From the NCBI GenBank assembly GCA_045591335.1, contig JAZNSR010000062.1:1-60898 (forward strand): a DNA stretch of 60,898 nucleotides, in the 5' to 3' direction. How positions within the stretch are numbered: position 1 is the first letter of the stretch; each line of letters opens with the position of its first letter. The stretch is from Faecousia sp. (GTDB taxonomy: Bacteria; Bacillota; Clostridia; Oscillospirales; Oscillospiraceae). Made by a program: the position numbers and the translations under genes. Shown piece after piece: positions 18,511 through 31,761 of this stretch. Below the pieces are notes generated by a model that did not search any database, was not told the DNA's origin, and saw only the letters and a list, made by a program, of their open reading frames with translations.

Positions 18511-19497
18511 TTATATGATCTCTTTTATTTTCTTCAAGATCCCCTTTGCCATCAGAGAAAAGCCCAGGTCATTGGGATGCAGGAAATCCGGCGCATACAT
18601 CTGGGGAAGATGGGCAATGCCCGTTTCCTCCACCACATGCGCCCCAATTTCCGCATACTGCGCACGCAAGACCTGCCGGGCATGATCCATGGTATAAGGC
18701 CTGTAAAGCTTCCGTGTCTGATAGTTTCCATCGTTTCTGAAAATAGGCAGAATACCCAGGATCTTGGTATTGGGAAACAGCTGAGCCAGCTTGCGCAGAT
18801 ATGCGCCCGTATGGGCTGCATATTCCTCCAGGGTTTCATACTGACCGTAATCATTGGTACCATAAGCCACAGTGATCAAGTCCGGGTCGATCTGCCGCAT
18901 AGATTCATCAATATACTCCACATGGAAAATATGTCCGCCGATGCCCTGGTCAATAACCTCCGCATTCAGCTCCCGGGCAATTTGATTCACATAGGTCAAG
19001 GAGGTAAAGGCAGCATCATAGCCCTGGGTGATGGAATCGCCCAGGCAAAGCAGCTTGCAGGACTTTTCCACTTCCCGGATACTGGCCCCATCCGAAAGAT
19101 GCACCTCCCGGATCACCAATTGAACAGACCAGGGCAAATACACCGTCACCCGGTGCTGCCCGGCAGGCAGCTGAAAGCCTGCCATTTTCGCATCCAGCCC
19201 CGCCATCTGCTTGCTGGCATGAAATACCCCATCCACATACAGGTCTAAAGATGCGGTCTGCCGGGAAGATCCAGGGAACAGATCAAATTTCAACACCAAA
19301 ATATCCGAATCGGTAATGAAATCCAGGGTCATAGCCGCGCTGGACTTGGCCTTTTTCAGCCAGTCCGCAGACAAGCGGGTGACCGTATCCATTTGGCTTT
19401 GGGTGAATCTGCACAGCGTCACGCCGCCATTTTCATCAAAGCTGCAGGAAACCGCATTGTGCACGATCTTTTGCAGGTCAGAAACCGATAATTTCAT
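18511..19497 (-). CDS. SGNH/GDSL hydrolase (esterase)
   Basis: GDSITQG, GIGG, YGTND, DFLHP blocks. Confidence 0.85.
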   Translation of the reverse strand: MKLSVSDLQKIVHNAVSCSFDENGGVTLCRFTQSQMDTVTRLSADWLKKAKSSAAMTLDFITDSDILVLKFDLFPGSSRQTASLDLYVDGVFHASKQMAGLDAKMAGFQLPAGQHRVTVYLPWSVQLVIREVHLSDGASIREVEKSCKLLCLGDSITQGYDAAFTSLTYVNQIARELNAEVIDQGIGGHIFHVEYIDESMRQIDPDLITVAYGTNDYGQYETLEEYAAHTGAYLRKLAQLFPNTKILGILPIFRNDGNYQTRKLYRPYTMDHARQVLRAQYAEIGAHVVEETGIAHLPQMYAPDFLHPNDLGFSLMAKGILKKIKEII

Positions 19498-19523
19498 AGG
19501 CTAATACTCCTTTATATTTGCGG

Positions 19524-22370
<2,847 letters not shown>

Positions 22371-22444
22371 TCATTATAATACCTGGGCATAAAATAATCA
22401 ATTGTCTTTCACATTTTCCGTAAAAAAAGCGTCCAAAATATACA

Positions 22445-22534
22445 TATTCAGCCACACCGGACTTTTCAGGTCTGGTGTGGCTGAATAGACCGCGAAATAT
22501 GTATGCCGGAAGATTCCCAGGAATCTTCCGGCAT
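22445..22534. terminator. two tandem long hairpins downstream of SASP gene
   Basis: 22445-22487 tattcagccacaccggac/gtctggtgtggctgaata; 22503-22534 atgccggaagattcc/ggaatcttccggcat. Confidence 0.65.
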
Positions 22535-22539
22535 TGAAC

Positions 22540-22737
22540 TTACTGCAGACCCTGCTCGTAAGCCTCGATCATCTTTTTAACCATTTGGCCGCCCACAGAG
22601 CCAGCCTCGCGGGAGGTCAGGTGACCGTTGTAACCGTTGGTCAGGTTCACACCAACCTCGGAAGCAGCCTGCATCTTGAACTGCTCCATTGCCTGCTTAG
22701 CGCCGGGAACATTGATGTTGTTGTTCTTGTTGCTCAT
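22540..22737 (-). CDS. alpha/beta-type small acid-soluble spore protein
   Basis: FKMQAASEVGV...GHLTSREAGSVGGQMVKKMI. Confidence 0.92.
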   Translation of the reverse strand: MSNKNNNINVPGAKQAMEQFKMQAASEVGVNLTNGYNGHLTSREAGSVGGQMVKKMIEAYEQGLQ

Positions 22738-22906
22738 ATCGTTTCTCTCCTTTTATATGGCATACTGTTTTAGCATGCTTTTCTTGGAAAGTAAAACACT
22801 TTCCAAAGAAAGCATTTTTCTTTCCGCAAACATAGCTTTGCCGAAAAAGGAAGAAGTATGATTGCATCTTTTCGGAAAAAGACGCAAAATATGGAAACAC
22901 CAAGTA

Positions 22907-25234
22907 TTAATCCAAACGCAAGAGCAATTCCAAAACCTTGGTGGCGCAAATCTCCAGGTCCTTCCGGCTAATGAGCCCCTCCTGCAAGGCTGCCTGCAGA
23001 CGCCTGGGGTTTCCGTTGGGCATTTTCAGATCATTGCCTGCCAAAGCTTCCCGGTAATGCTCTGCCGAATTATCCCAGTCCGTCATCACAAGGCCCTCAT
23101 AGCCCCATTCTTCCCGGAGAATACCGTTAAGCAGTTCGCCGTTTTCAGAGGTATAAATGCCATTCATCAGATTATAGGCGGTCATCACAGACCAAACCTT
23201 TCCCTCTTTGACCACGATCTCAAAGCCCTTTAAGTAAATCTCACGAAGGGCACGCTCACTGACCCGGGAATCGCTGCCCTTACGGTTGGTTTCCTTATTA
23301 TTGCAGCAGAAATGCTTCACGCATGCCGCAACATTCCGGGACTGAATACCCTGCACCATGGCAGCTGCCAGCTTGCCGGACACCAGGGGATCTTCGGAAT
23401 AATACTCAAAGTTTCTGCCGCACAGAGGGCTTCTGTGAATGTTAATAGCGGGCGTCAGCCAAACGCCAAAATTATTTTCCTTAACCTCCAGGGCAGCCGC
23501 TGCACCCACCTGGTAAAGAATATCCGGATCCCAGGTGCATGCCAACAAGGTAGCCACAGGCCACGCGGTGGTTTTCACCCCACGGTTTTCATTGATCCGC
23601 AGGCCTGCAGGGCCATCAGCGGTCATAACCGCAGGCACACCGCTGCCCAGCAAGCCGCCAATTCCACGGGTATCGGCGCAGCCCTGGTTTGGTGCACCGC
23701 CCAACAGGGTGATCAGCTCATCGTCAGATTGCTCCGCAATAAACTCTGCCACCGTAGCCTCTCCCCTGCCCACTTTCTCAAAGGAGATTTTCTCCGGGGG
23801 CAGCTTTACGCCATGGGCATTGGGCAAAATATGCTGGGCCTCCCAGCAATTTTTGGGCGGCCAATTCCCGTTATGATACACCGGCGCATATTCCCCGGTT
23901 TCCAGGGGCTCATAAGTACCGTCAGCCAGCAATCTGCGGCTGAGCTTTTTAGGCACGCAGCGGTTTTTCAAGCTGTAAACCCGCTTTTCTTCCGGATTGT
24001 GATAGCAATAAACATTGCTCAGATTCCGGATACAATTGCCCACATGGATGCTATAATCACCAGCGGGAAGCACATAAGCCGCAGAAGCTTCATCGTAAAC
24101 TGCCAAATCCTTGACCGCCACTGTCAGCTCCAGCGTTTGCTGCTCTCCGGGCTGCAAAAGCCTGGTCTTTTGGAATGCCCGCAGCGCATATTTGGGCATG
24201 GTCAACCGGCAAAGGGGCGCGCTGCTATAAACCTGCACCACTTCCTTACCTGCGCATGCGCCGGTATTGGTAACCCGAATCTGCATGCAAATGCTGTTAT
24301 CCACCATCTGGCAGTTCATGGGCTCAACAGAAAAATCCGTGTAAGACAGGCCGAAACCAAAAGGATAATTTACCTTTTCCGCTGCGCCGGGAATGGTTTC
24401 AAAATAGCGGTAACCTACGAAAATATCGTCGGTATATTCCACATAATCTTCCGATTCATTGAAATTGGCAGAGGAAGGATAATCCGCAAAGGTTGCCGCA
24501 AAGGTATCCGTCAGCTTGCCGGAGGGGTTCACATCGCCGCAGAGGATATCTGCCTGGGCCATTGCGCCCTCCATGCCACCCTGCCATGCCAGCAAAACAG
24601 ACTTGATCTTCGGCTCACGGATAAACCAGGAGGTATCCACCATGCCGCCCACATTCAGTACCACTGCCACATTTTCAAAGGCGGCGCAAACATCAGCAAC
24701 CATTTGCTGCTCCTGAACAGACAAATAAAAATCGCCATCGTTGGGCTCGCCCTTACGGTCGCCACCCTCAGCGGAAAAACGGCAAATACTGATTAGCGCA
24801 GTATCGCACCAAGCCGCTGCCTGCTGCAGCAGCTGCTGGGGCACTGCGGGCTCCACTGTATATCCGGGCTGCTTACCCTCTTTACGCTGAGCCGCCACAT
24901 TTTCCCTGTAAAACTCGTGCAGCGGCATGAACACCTGGGTCTTGCCCTCTTGCTCTTTGATTTCCATGGCACTGCACAGATCCCGGACATACTTAACTGT
25001 GACATCTCCGCTGCCACCGCCGCCTTTTACATAGTCCACACTGGCTTTGCCGAAAAGAGCCACCTTTTGATTCTTTTTCAAAGGCAGGAATTTTTCTTCA
25101 TTCTTCAAAAGCACCATGCCCTCTGCCGCCACCTTGCGGGAAAGCGCAATATGGGCCTTGCAGCCTGTGATCAGCTGACCGTCCTCGCCCAGGGGGATCA
25201 CAGGATAAAACCGAAACCGTTGCCATTTAGCCAT
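22907..25234 (-). CDS. GH3 beta-glucosidase with inverted domain order
   Basis: AAEGMVLLKN at N-terminus; ADGPAG, GRNFEYYSEDP, KHF, VMTDW in C-terminal half. Confidence 0.88.
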   Translation of the reverse strand: MAKWQRFRFYPVIPLGEDGQLITGCKAHIALSRKVAAEGMVLLKNEEKFLPLKKNQKVALFGKASVDYVKGGGGSGDVTVKYVRDLCSAMEIKEQEGKTQVFMPLHEFYRENVAAQRKEGKQPGYTVEPAVPQQLLQQAAAWCDTALISICRFSAEGGDRKGEPNDGDFYLSVQEQQMVADVCAAFENVAVVLNVGGMVDTSWFIREPKIKSVLLAWQGGMEGAMAQADILCGDVNPSGKLTDTFAATFADYPSSANFNESEDYVEYTDDIFVGYRYFETIPGAAEKVNYPFGFGLSYTDFSVEPMNCQMVDNSICMQIRVTNTGACAGKEVVQVYSSAPLCRLTMPKYALRAFQKTRLLQPGEQQTLELTVAVKDLAVYDEASAAYVLPAGDYSIHVGNCIRNLSNVYCYHNPEEKRVYSLKNRCVPKKLSRRLLADGTYEPLETGEYAPVYHNGNWPPKNCWEAQHILPNAHGVKLPPEKISFEKVGRGEATVAEFIAEQSDDELITLLGGAPNQGCADTRGIGGLLGSGVPAVMTADGPAGLRINENRGVKTTAWPVATLLACTWDPDILYQVGAAAALEVKENNFGVWLTPAINIHRSPLCGRNFEYYSEDPLVSGKLAAAMVQGIQSRNVAACVKHFCCNNKETNRKGSDSRVSERALREIYLKGFEIVVKEGKVWSVMTAYNLMNGIYTSENGELLNGILREEWGYEGLVMTDWDNSAEHYREALAGNDLKMPNGNPRRLQAALQEGLISRKDLEICATKVLELLLRLD

Positions 25235-26831
25235 TTATATTCCTCCAAAAAACCGCCACCTCATAGGGTGCGTATTGTTCATTGTTCTTTTCTTTCAATC
25301 CGTAGTTGGAAAGCAATAATTTACCTCTGGCATTGGGGATATTCAGCATTTGCGCCTTGTCGAAATTGCATACCACGGTGATCTGCTCATTGCCTTGGGT
25401 CCGGGTATAAGCGCAATAGGATGCATCTGCCGGTGCCAGGGGTGCAAAGCTGCCCACTGTCAATGCCGGATGCTGCTGCCGCAGCTGCAGCACATCCCGG
25501 TAAAACCGCCACACAGACTTTTCCGATGCCAGATCCGCCTCCAAATTCCGGGAGCGGTATTCACTGTGCACCGGGATCCAGGGTTTTCCGGTGCTGAATC
25601 CGGCGTTTTCCTTCCCGCTCCAGCAGAAAGGCCGGCGGTTATTATCCCGGCTGCCAAAATTGATCTTTTCAATCGCTTCTTTCTCCGGCATAGTGCGGCA
25701 AAGCTCCTGATACATATTCAGGCTCTCCACATCATCAAACCGGTCGATGCTGTCATAATGCGGGTTAAACATACCCAGCTCCTGGCCCTGGTAAACAAAA
25801 CAAACACCCCGCATCAAATACATCATGGCAGCAATGCAGGTGGCAGATTCATAAGGAAGCTCCCGGCTGCCCAGGCGTTCCAGCATCCAGCCGGTATCAT
25901 GGTTATCCGTAAAAATGGAAAACAGCAAATCCTGATCTTCCATGGTTTTAACCCAATACCGCATATAATTCCAAAGCTGGGTCAGGCTACCGGGCTTAGC
26001 AGTAAATTTATCCGCTCTGCCGTAATCCAGATGTCCAAATTGAAACAGCGTAGAAAGCTCTCCCCGGTCTTGATATATATGCCGGCGGATCTCCTCCAGC
26101 TCTCCGGTCCAACATTCGCCCACTGTAAACAGATGGGCGGTTTTTTCTCTGCCAAACAAGGCCTGAATAAACTCATGCAGCCGGGGACCGAAGCAATTGC
26201 GGTCACCTTCAAAATCCTTGGAAATTTGGTCGATCACATCAATACGGAAGCCATCCACACCCATATCCACCCAGAAATCCACCACTGCCTGCATGCCCTT
26301 GACCACCTCCGGCTCATTCCAGTTCAAATCGGGCTGCTGAGGGGTGTAGGAATGCAGATAATACTGGCCTCTGGCTTCATCATAGGAATAAGCAGAACCG
26401 CCAAACATACTCTGCCAATCATTAGGCGGCGTATCAAACCAATAATAAAAATTACTATACGGATTGTCCTTGGATTTTCTGGATTCCTGGAACCACTTAT
26501 GGGCATAGGAAGTGTGATTGGGCACCAGATCCAAAATCAGCTTCATCCCTCTTTGGTGCATTTGATAGATCAGCTGGCGCATATCCTCCATGGTGCCAAA
26601 TTCGTCCATAATGTCCCGGTAATCCGCCACATCATAGCCATTATCAAAATTGGGGCTTTTAAAACAGGGGCCCAGCCAAATGGCATTGATGCCCAGGGAT
26701 TTCAAATAATCCAGCTTGGCGATCACGCCGGGCAAATCGCCAATTCCATCGCCATTATCATCCAAAAAGCTTCTGGGATAGATCTGATAAATATTCCATC
26801 CTAAAAAACTCTGATATTTTTCATTCAGCAT
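25227..26831 (-). CDS. GH13 oligo-1,6-/alpha-glucosidase
   Basis: YQIYPRSF, DLVPNHTS, QPDLNW, DGFRIDVI, DNHD. Confidence 0.88.
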   Translation of the reverse strand: MLNEKYQSFLGWNIYQIYPRSFLDDNGDGIGDLPGVIAKLDYLKSLGINAIWLGPCFKSPNFDNGYDVADYRDIMDEFGTMEDMRQLIYQMHQRGMKLILDLVPNHTSYAHKWFQESRKSKDNPYSNFYYWFDTPPNDWQSMFGGSAYSYDEARGQYYLHSYTPQQPDLNWNEPEVVKGMQAVVDFWVDMGVDGFRIDVIDQISKDFEGDRNCFGPRLHEFIQALFGREKTAHLFTVGECWTGELEEIRRHIYQDRGELSTLFQFGHLDYGRADKFTAKPGSLTQLWNYMRYWVKTMEDQDLLFSIFTDNHDTGWMLERLGSRELPYESATCIAAMMYLMRGVCFVYQGQELGMFNPHYDSIDRFDDVESLNMYQELCRTMPEKEAIEKINFGSRDNNRRPFCWSGKENAGFSTGKPWIPVHSEYRSRNLEADLASEKSVWRFYRDVLQLRQQHPALTVGSFAPLAPADASYCAYTRTQGNEQITVVCNFDKAQMLNIPNARGKLLLSNYGLKEKNNEQYAPYEVAVFWRNING

Positions 26832-27079
26832 AACTACCTCTTAATAAAGAACAGTCTATTTTTGCTCCGTTTCATTCAGCTGCGTATAAGATAAACCACG
26901 AGTACCGGGATTGTCAAGCAATACTTTTTCTATTTTCCCACAACAAAAACACGGCGCAAATACTGATCTCCCAGCTATTTTTTCCACATGGGCACAACGC
27001 TATTCTCTGCTGCCTTTCCTCATTGCTCTACCCTTATTTTTAACCCTGCCAATGGCGAAACCACCGGCAGGGTTTAGAA

Positions 27080-30000
27080 TTATGCGATATTGTTATTATC
27101 ACCCAGCCAGGGAGCCATGACCGCAGCATACTGATTATAGTATGCCGTTACCGCTGCCCGCTTGGTTGCATCATAAGAATCCCAATTGTCATTCACATAT
27201 TGCACCGTCTCACGCAGGGTGGTAGTATGGGTGTCAGTTTCCACCCGCTCATCGCCAAAGTTTACAAAGGCACAAGCGGAAATATCCACTTCACCGCCAT
27301 TGCAGGCCATGATATTTTTCAGCCGCAGGGTGAAGATCCGACCGTTGGTCAGCTGCTCATCCAGCACACATTCCTTCTGCACGCCGGCGCCCATTACAAA
27401 ACCAAAGCCTGTAGCCATGGAGCATACCACTTCATCCCCAAAGAACTGCGCCTTATAGCCCAGGGCATCATACCCCGGCTTCAAGCTAACAGCGATCAGA
27501 TTCAATTCATATCGGTGGAAGGACCAGGTATCTCCGCCCCAGTCATAGGCCATATAGCCATCCTGGGCTGCAACGGTTACGCCGGACAGCTCTACCGCAC
27601 CGTAATCCTCACTGTCATAGCTGTCTGTATTAGAATCCTTGGCATATACCGTATAGCCATTGGCATTTACATCCGCATAAAAATACCAGCCATCCAGATC
27701 AATGTATAAATCATGGGTCATATTCAGGCTAATGGGATCATTTTCACCAATGGTAGCCAGCAGCTTTATGGTCTGCCCATTGGAGGCAGCCGCATAAGCA
27801 GCCTCAAAGCTGGCATATTCCACACCGTCCACGGATGCCACGGGATCCAGGGTGGTCAAGGTGGTGTAATAAGTAGTGCCGCTATAACCCTTGTACAAGC
27901 TCACTGCGCCGCCGGTGGAAGTGGAATAGCAAGCCCAGCCAATGGAAGTAGAATTCCAACGCAGGTTGGCATTCACACCATTGCCCTTATTCCCCACATT
28001 AACAAATTCATAAGTAGATGTACCGGAAGGTGTCCATTTAGCGTAATCCGTTACGGATGTAATCAAACCTGCCTTATTCTTAGTGCCGGTGCCGGCAGCA
28101 TAAACGCCAGCAGCTTCATTATAAATAGTATAAGCGCCGTCACCTGTAGGCGCAATATGCCAAACGATGGAGCTGTCAGGATTCGAAATAACACCATCGG
28201 TGACAGTGACATTCTGTGCGCTAATCCGTCCATTATCGGTAGTTGTAGCCACCATAGCATCAGTCTTATAGTAGATCACATAGTCGCCTTCTGTGATCTC
28301 ACCGCTGTGAAGAGAATAAACATTCGCAGTCTGACCTGCCTCTACCTCCACATAGGAATACAGTGCATACAGCGTCACATTGGAAGTTGCATGATAGGTG
28401 CCGGAATAGATAACAGGTTGAGACTCAGTATCCTCCACCGCAGCGGTGGTCCAGCCCAGGAAGGTGTAGCCCGCGGGCGCAGCGGCGGTGGGCAGGGTAA
28501 TGCCGTTCTTGCCGCATTCCATAGTCGCAACAGAAGCCACATCCCTGGGAACGGAGAAGGACACATTGAAGGTCTCGCCCAAAGCATCTACATAATCGGC
28601 AATATATTGGTCACCGCAGGTCAGACAGGTATAGGTGGTGTAGCCCTGCTCCGTCACAGTGGGAGGTGTGATTATGCCTTCGTAATCATGGCCTTCAGAG
28701 TCTACAGACTGGGTCTTGGTCTCAGAGCAGCGGGAGCAGGTGGCGGTTTCCACGCCCTCATCTGTACAGGTAGGAGCGGTGGTCTGCACCCATGCACCCC
28801 AGCTATGCCCCAGGGCAGCCACTACTTCATGGCCGCTGATATACTGCTCGCAATCGTTACAGTACACGCCCGCGGTGTAGCCGGTAGCCGTGCAGGTGGC
28901 CGGTACGGCGGCGGTATCGCCGGTGTCTTCATGCTCGCAGATAAAGGTGGAGGTGGAATAATACACCGTGCCGCTCTCGCTCTTCACATAGAAGCCCAGG
29001 GTCTGGTTGGCAATGTTACCACCGTTGGAGGTGTAACAGCGCCAGTCGGGGTTCGAGGTATACACACCTACATAGCGGCTCACGCCATTGTTATACAAAT
29101 AACCGGAGTTGATCTTATAGGTCTTGTTCGTGTTCGTGCCAACACTCATGCCATTGTTATCGTTGGTGCTGGCCAGCCAGCGGCTGGTATCGCCGTCGGG
29201 ATAGAATTCCCAGGCATTGGTAGTGCCGCCCAGATTCCACAGCAGATTGCTTGCAGGCTCAGAAGCCAGCTTATCACCGGACACAGTAATTGCCACAGCA
29301 GTGGGTCCCTTAGACACCGCAGTATTGGGCAATGCATAAACTGTGCCGCTGGTGGCAGATGTGATCACGAACACATCCCCGGATTTGATCTCCGTAATAT
29401 CCTTCAGCGCCCACTCGGTAACGCCGGTGCCGCCCACGGAGTAAGAATAAACCGCATAATAGGTCTTATTAGAAGCGGTCACAGAAGTGCCGGCAGGATA
29501 AACGGTGGGTTTGGTGGTGGTATCCGAAACAATGCCATCGGTCCAGCCCAGGAAGGTATAGCCCTCTGCGACCGCATTGGTATTGGACGGCAAAGTCACC
29601 GAATCGCCGCCATAAGAAGCAATGGTCTTGGCGGAAATGCCGTTTTCCATAAAGGTCAGCGTCACCGCAGTTTTTGCGGCAAAGTTAATGCGAATGGAGC
29701 AATCCGTGTTGGGAGTCACCTTGAAGGTGTTGCCGTTCTGAACAACAGTGGCAGAGCCGGAGGTCACGGTGTAACCGGAAACATAGTAGCCGGTCTTGGG
29801 GTTAGCAGTAATGGTCTTGCCGGACAGGGAAACCGTGCCATAGCTGGTGTTGTTGGAGGTAGCGGTGATGTTGTAGGAAACCGCATTGCCAGCACCGGAG
29901 GGGGACTGGTAATTAGCAGGAATATCTGCACCCAACATCAAAAAGCCCAGCTCGGGATAATCCACAAACACATTTCGGGTGCCGGTAATAGACTGGCAGG

Positions 30001-30769
30001 AGTCGTTACGGCCCAATTCCCAAGTATCCACGGGGTCTTCTTCCATCCACTTGAGCAAAACAGCACGGCTTTCAATCACACCGCTTGTGCCATACAAAAC
30101 TGCTGAGGAGCTGTTGTAATCCTGCCAGCGCACATACACAAACAAAATGATTCTGGCCACATCACCACGCAGATCCAAAGAGCCACCGGACTCCTCATTG
30201 GGGTTGTAGTAGCTACTTCCTTCACCAAAGGCTTCATTGCCACGGCCGCTGTTTTCTGCCACAGTAGTAGGACGAAGCATAAAAATACAGTTTTCGCCGC
30301 CGCCGTTGGCATCGCCCTTACTGTTGGGCCAAACATGTTCACGGTTCCAGCTGCCGTCCCAGGAAGGACCAATGGACTTGCCGGTATAGAAAGAGGAAAT
30401 GCTGCCACCGCCATTCTGACAGTCCGTATACTTACACAAAGTCTTGATATCGTCATAGCTGGTGGTATCCGTAACCGCGCCGCGCATCAGGCTTCTGAGC
30501 TGCTGATACATGGAACTGGAGGTCACAGAAGAGGTGGTCGCAGAGCCGGTATACTGAGACAATTCCTCATAGGATGTACCCTCAGCAGCATACCACTCCT
30601 CGGCTGTGGATCGGGTGAAATCATCTTCATCGGCTACTGTGCCACGGGAGCCCCAGTTATAGGTATAACTTGCGGCCTCCGCCTGAGGCAATGCAATGCC
30701 GCCCAAAACACTCAGACAAAGTGCAAGCGCAAGCAGCAGGGAAAATCCGCGTTTGGCATAATTTCTCAT
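27080..30769 (-). CDS. secreted endonuclease I-family protein with InlB-B-like and other surface repeats
   Basis: signal peptide; WNREHVWPNS, RGDVARI, W..EDPVD.WE..RN, GTRNVFVDYPE; GYTFLGW repeats; CxxC/PTC repeats. Confidence 0.82.
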   Translation of the reverse strand: MRNYAKRGFSLLLALALCLSVLGGIALPQAEAASYTYNWGSRGTVADEDDFTRSTAEEWYAAEGTSYEELSQYTGSATTSSVTSSSMYQQLRSLMRGAVTDTTSYDDIKTLCKYTDCQNGGGSISSFYTGKSIGPSWDGSWNREHVWPNSKGDANGGGENCIFMLRPTTVAENSGRGNEAFGEGSSYYNPNEESGGSLDLRGDVARIILFVYVRWQDYNSSSAVLYGTSGVIESRAVLLKWMEEDPVDTWELGRNDSCQSITGTRNVFVDYPELGFLMLGADIPANYQSPSGAGNAVSYNITATSNNTSYGTVSLSGKTITANPKTGYYVSGYTVTSGSATVVQNGNTFKVTPNTDCSIRINFAAKTAVTLTFMENGISAKTIASYGGDSVTLPSNTNAVAEGYTFLGWTDGIVSDTTTKPTVYPAGTSVTASNKTYYAVYSYSVGGTGVTEWALKDITEIKSGDVFVITSATSGTVYALPNTAVSKGPTAVAITVSGDKLASEPASNLLWNLGGTTNAWEFYPDGDTSRWLASTNDNNGMSVGTNTNKTYKINSGYLYNNGVSRYVGVYTSNPDWRCYTSNGGNIANQTLGFYVKSESGTVYYSTSTFICEHEDTGDTAAVPATCTATGYTAGVYCNDCEQYISGHEVVAALGHSWGAWVQTTAPTCTDEGVETATCSRCSETKTQSVDSEGHDYEGIITPPTVTEQGYTTYTCLTCGDQYIADYVDALGETFNVSFSVPRDVASVATMECGKNGITLPTAAAPAGYTFLGWTTAAVEDTESQPVIYSGTYHATSNVTLYALYSYVEVEAGQTANVYSLHSGEITEGDYVIYYKTDAMVATTTDNGRISAQNVTVTDGVISNPDSSIVWHIAPTGDGAYTIYNEAAGVYAAGTGTKNKAGLITSVTDYAKWTPSGTSTYEFVNVGNKGNGVNANLRWNSTSIGWACYSTSTGGAVSLYKGYSGTTYYTTLTTLDPVASVDGVEYASFEAAYAAASNGQTIKLLATIGENDPISLNMTHDLYIDLDGWYFYADVNANGYTVYAKDSNTDSYDSEDYGAVELSGVTVAAQDGYMAYDWGGDTWSFHRYELNLIAVSLKPGYDALGYKAQFFGDEVVCSMATGFGFVMGAGVQKECVLDEQLTNGRIFTLRLKNIMACNGGEVDISACAFVNFGDERVETDTHTTTLRETVQYVNDNWDSYDATKRAAVTAYYNQYAAVMAPWLGDNNNIA

Positions 30770-30954
30770 AATTCTACGCTCCGTTTCATTAAAATAAAAA
30801 CTGGAATTGCATAAATTCTCATTGTTATACTACCACACTTTCCCGCCCTTTTCAACGAGATTTTGCAGTTTTCTCCATTTTTGTACATAACCTTGCATTA
30901 TAAGACTATATATGCTACAATGTGAACAAATTATGAATGCAAGGAAGAAAGCCC

Positions 30955-31710
30955 ATGAAAGAATTTCTCGGTTATTTCTTTGGTATCGGTGAAGAAATTG
31001 AATTTTCCAACTTCACCTTTGCCCATTTTGCCCCCATTTTGGTTGCCATTGGCATCATTTTTGCCATTTACTTTTTCCGTAAGCAATTATCAGACTGCAA
31101 GCATGAGAAAATTTTCCGCTATATTTTAGCCTTTGCGCTGATCATCTCAGAAATGTCCTATTACTGGCGGCTGGTGGGCATCCCGGAGCTGGGACCCAAT
31201 CCCATTGACCATCTGCCCATTACAGTCTGCGGCTGGGCCGTGATATTCTGCAGCTATATGGTGATCGGCAAATCCCAAACTCTGTTTGATATTTCCTATT
31301 TTTGGCTGTTCTCCGGCTCTATCTTCGCGCTGATCACCCCCACAGTGATCTCCTACACCGGCCCCACCCGTTTCCGCTATTATCAATTCTGGGCAGAGCA
31401 CACTTTGGGATATATTTCCATTTTCTACATGATCTTTGTCCACAAAATGCGCCCCAACTGGCTGTCCATGGTCAAATCCTATATCGGTTTTGCCGTCCTG
31501 GCGGTTATTGCCTATTTCTCCAACCAAATGCTGGGCCCCGGAGCCAATTATCTGTTTATGGCAAAGCCGGAGGACACCCCCTCTATTTTGGACATTTTGC
31601 CCCCCAATTTCATTCTGCGGGTGGGCATCATGGCCGGCGCAGTTACCGTTCTGTTTTTCCTGGCATATCTGCCCTGGCTGATCAAAGACATCAAGGCAAA
31701 AAAAGCATAA
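30955..31710 (+). CDS. YwaF/TMEM164-family integral membrane protein
   Basis: HLPITVC, ALITP, QFWAEH, GANYLFM motifs. Confidence 0.75.
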   Translation: MKEFLGYFFGIGEEIEFSNFTFAHFAPILVAIGIIFAIYFFRKQLSDCKHEKIFRYILAFALIISEMSYYWRLVGIPELGPNPIDHLPITVCGWAVIFCSYMVIGKSQTLFDISYFWLFSGSIFALITPTVISYTGPTRFRYYQFWAEHTLGYISIFYMIFVHKMRPNWLSMVKSYIGFAVLAVIAYFSNQMLGPGANYLFMAKPEDTPSILDILPPNFILRVGIMAGAVTVLFFLAYLPWLIKDIKAKKA

Positions 31711-31724
31711 CGATCCCATATAAT

Positions 31725-31756
31725 AAGGGCTGTTGCAAATTTCTGCAACAGCCCTT
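31725..31756. terminator. bidirectional terminator ending the SipW operon
   Basis: aagggctgttgca/tgcaacagccctt. Confidence 0.75.
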
Positions 31757-31761
31757 TATTC

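Noticed and set aside
27713-30106. 797-aa plus-strand ORF, and similar long antisense ORFs (323-1330, 6310-7947, 20748-22319, 23312-24796, 25350-26804, 41971-43569)
   Set aside because: They mirror well-supported genes on the opposite strand, show no motifs, and have the composition typical of shadow frames
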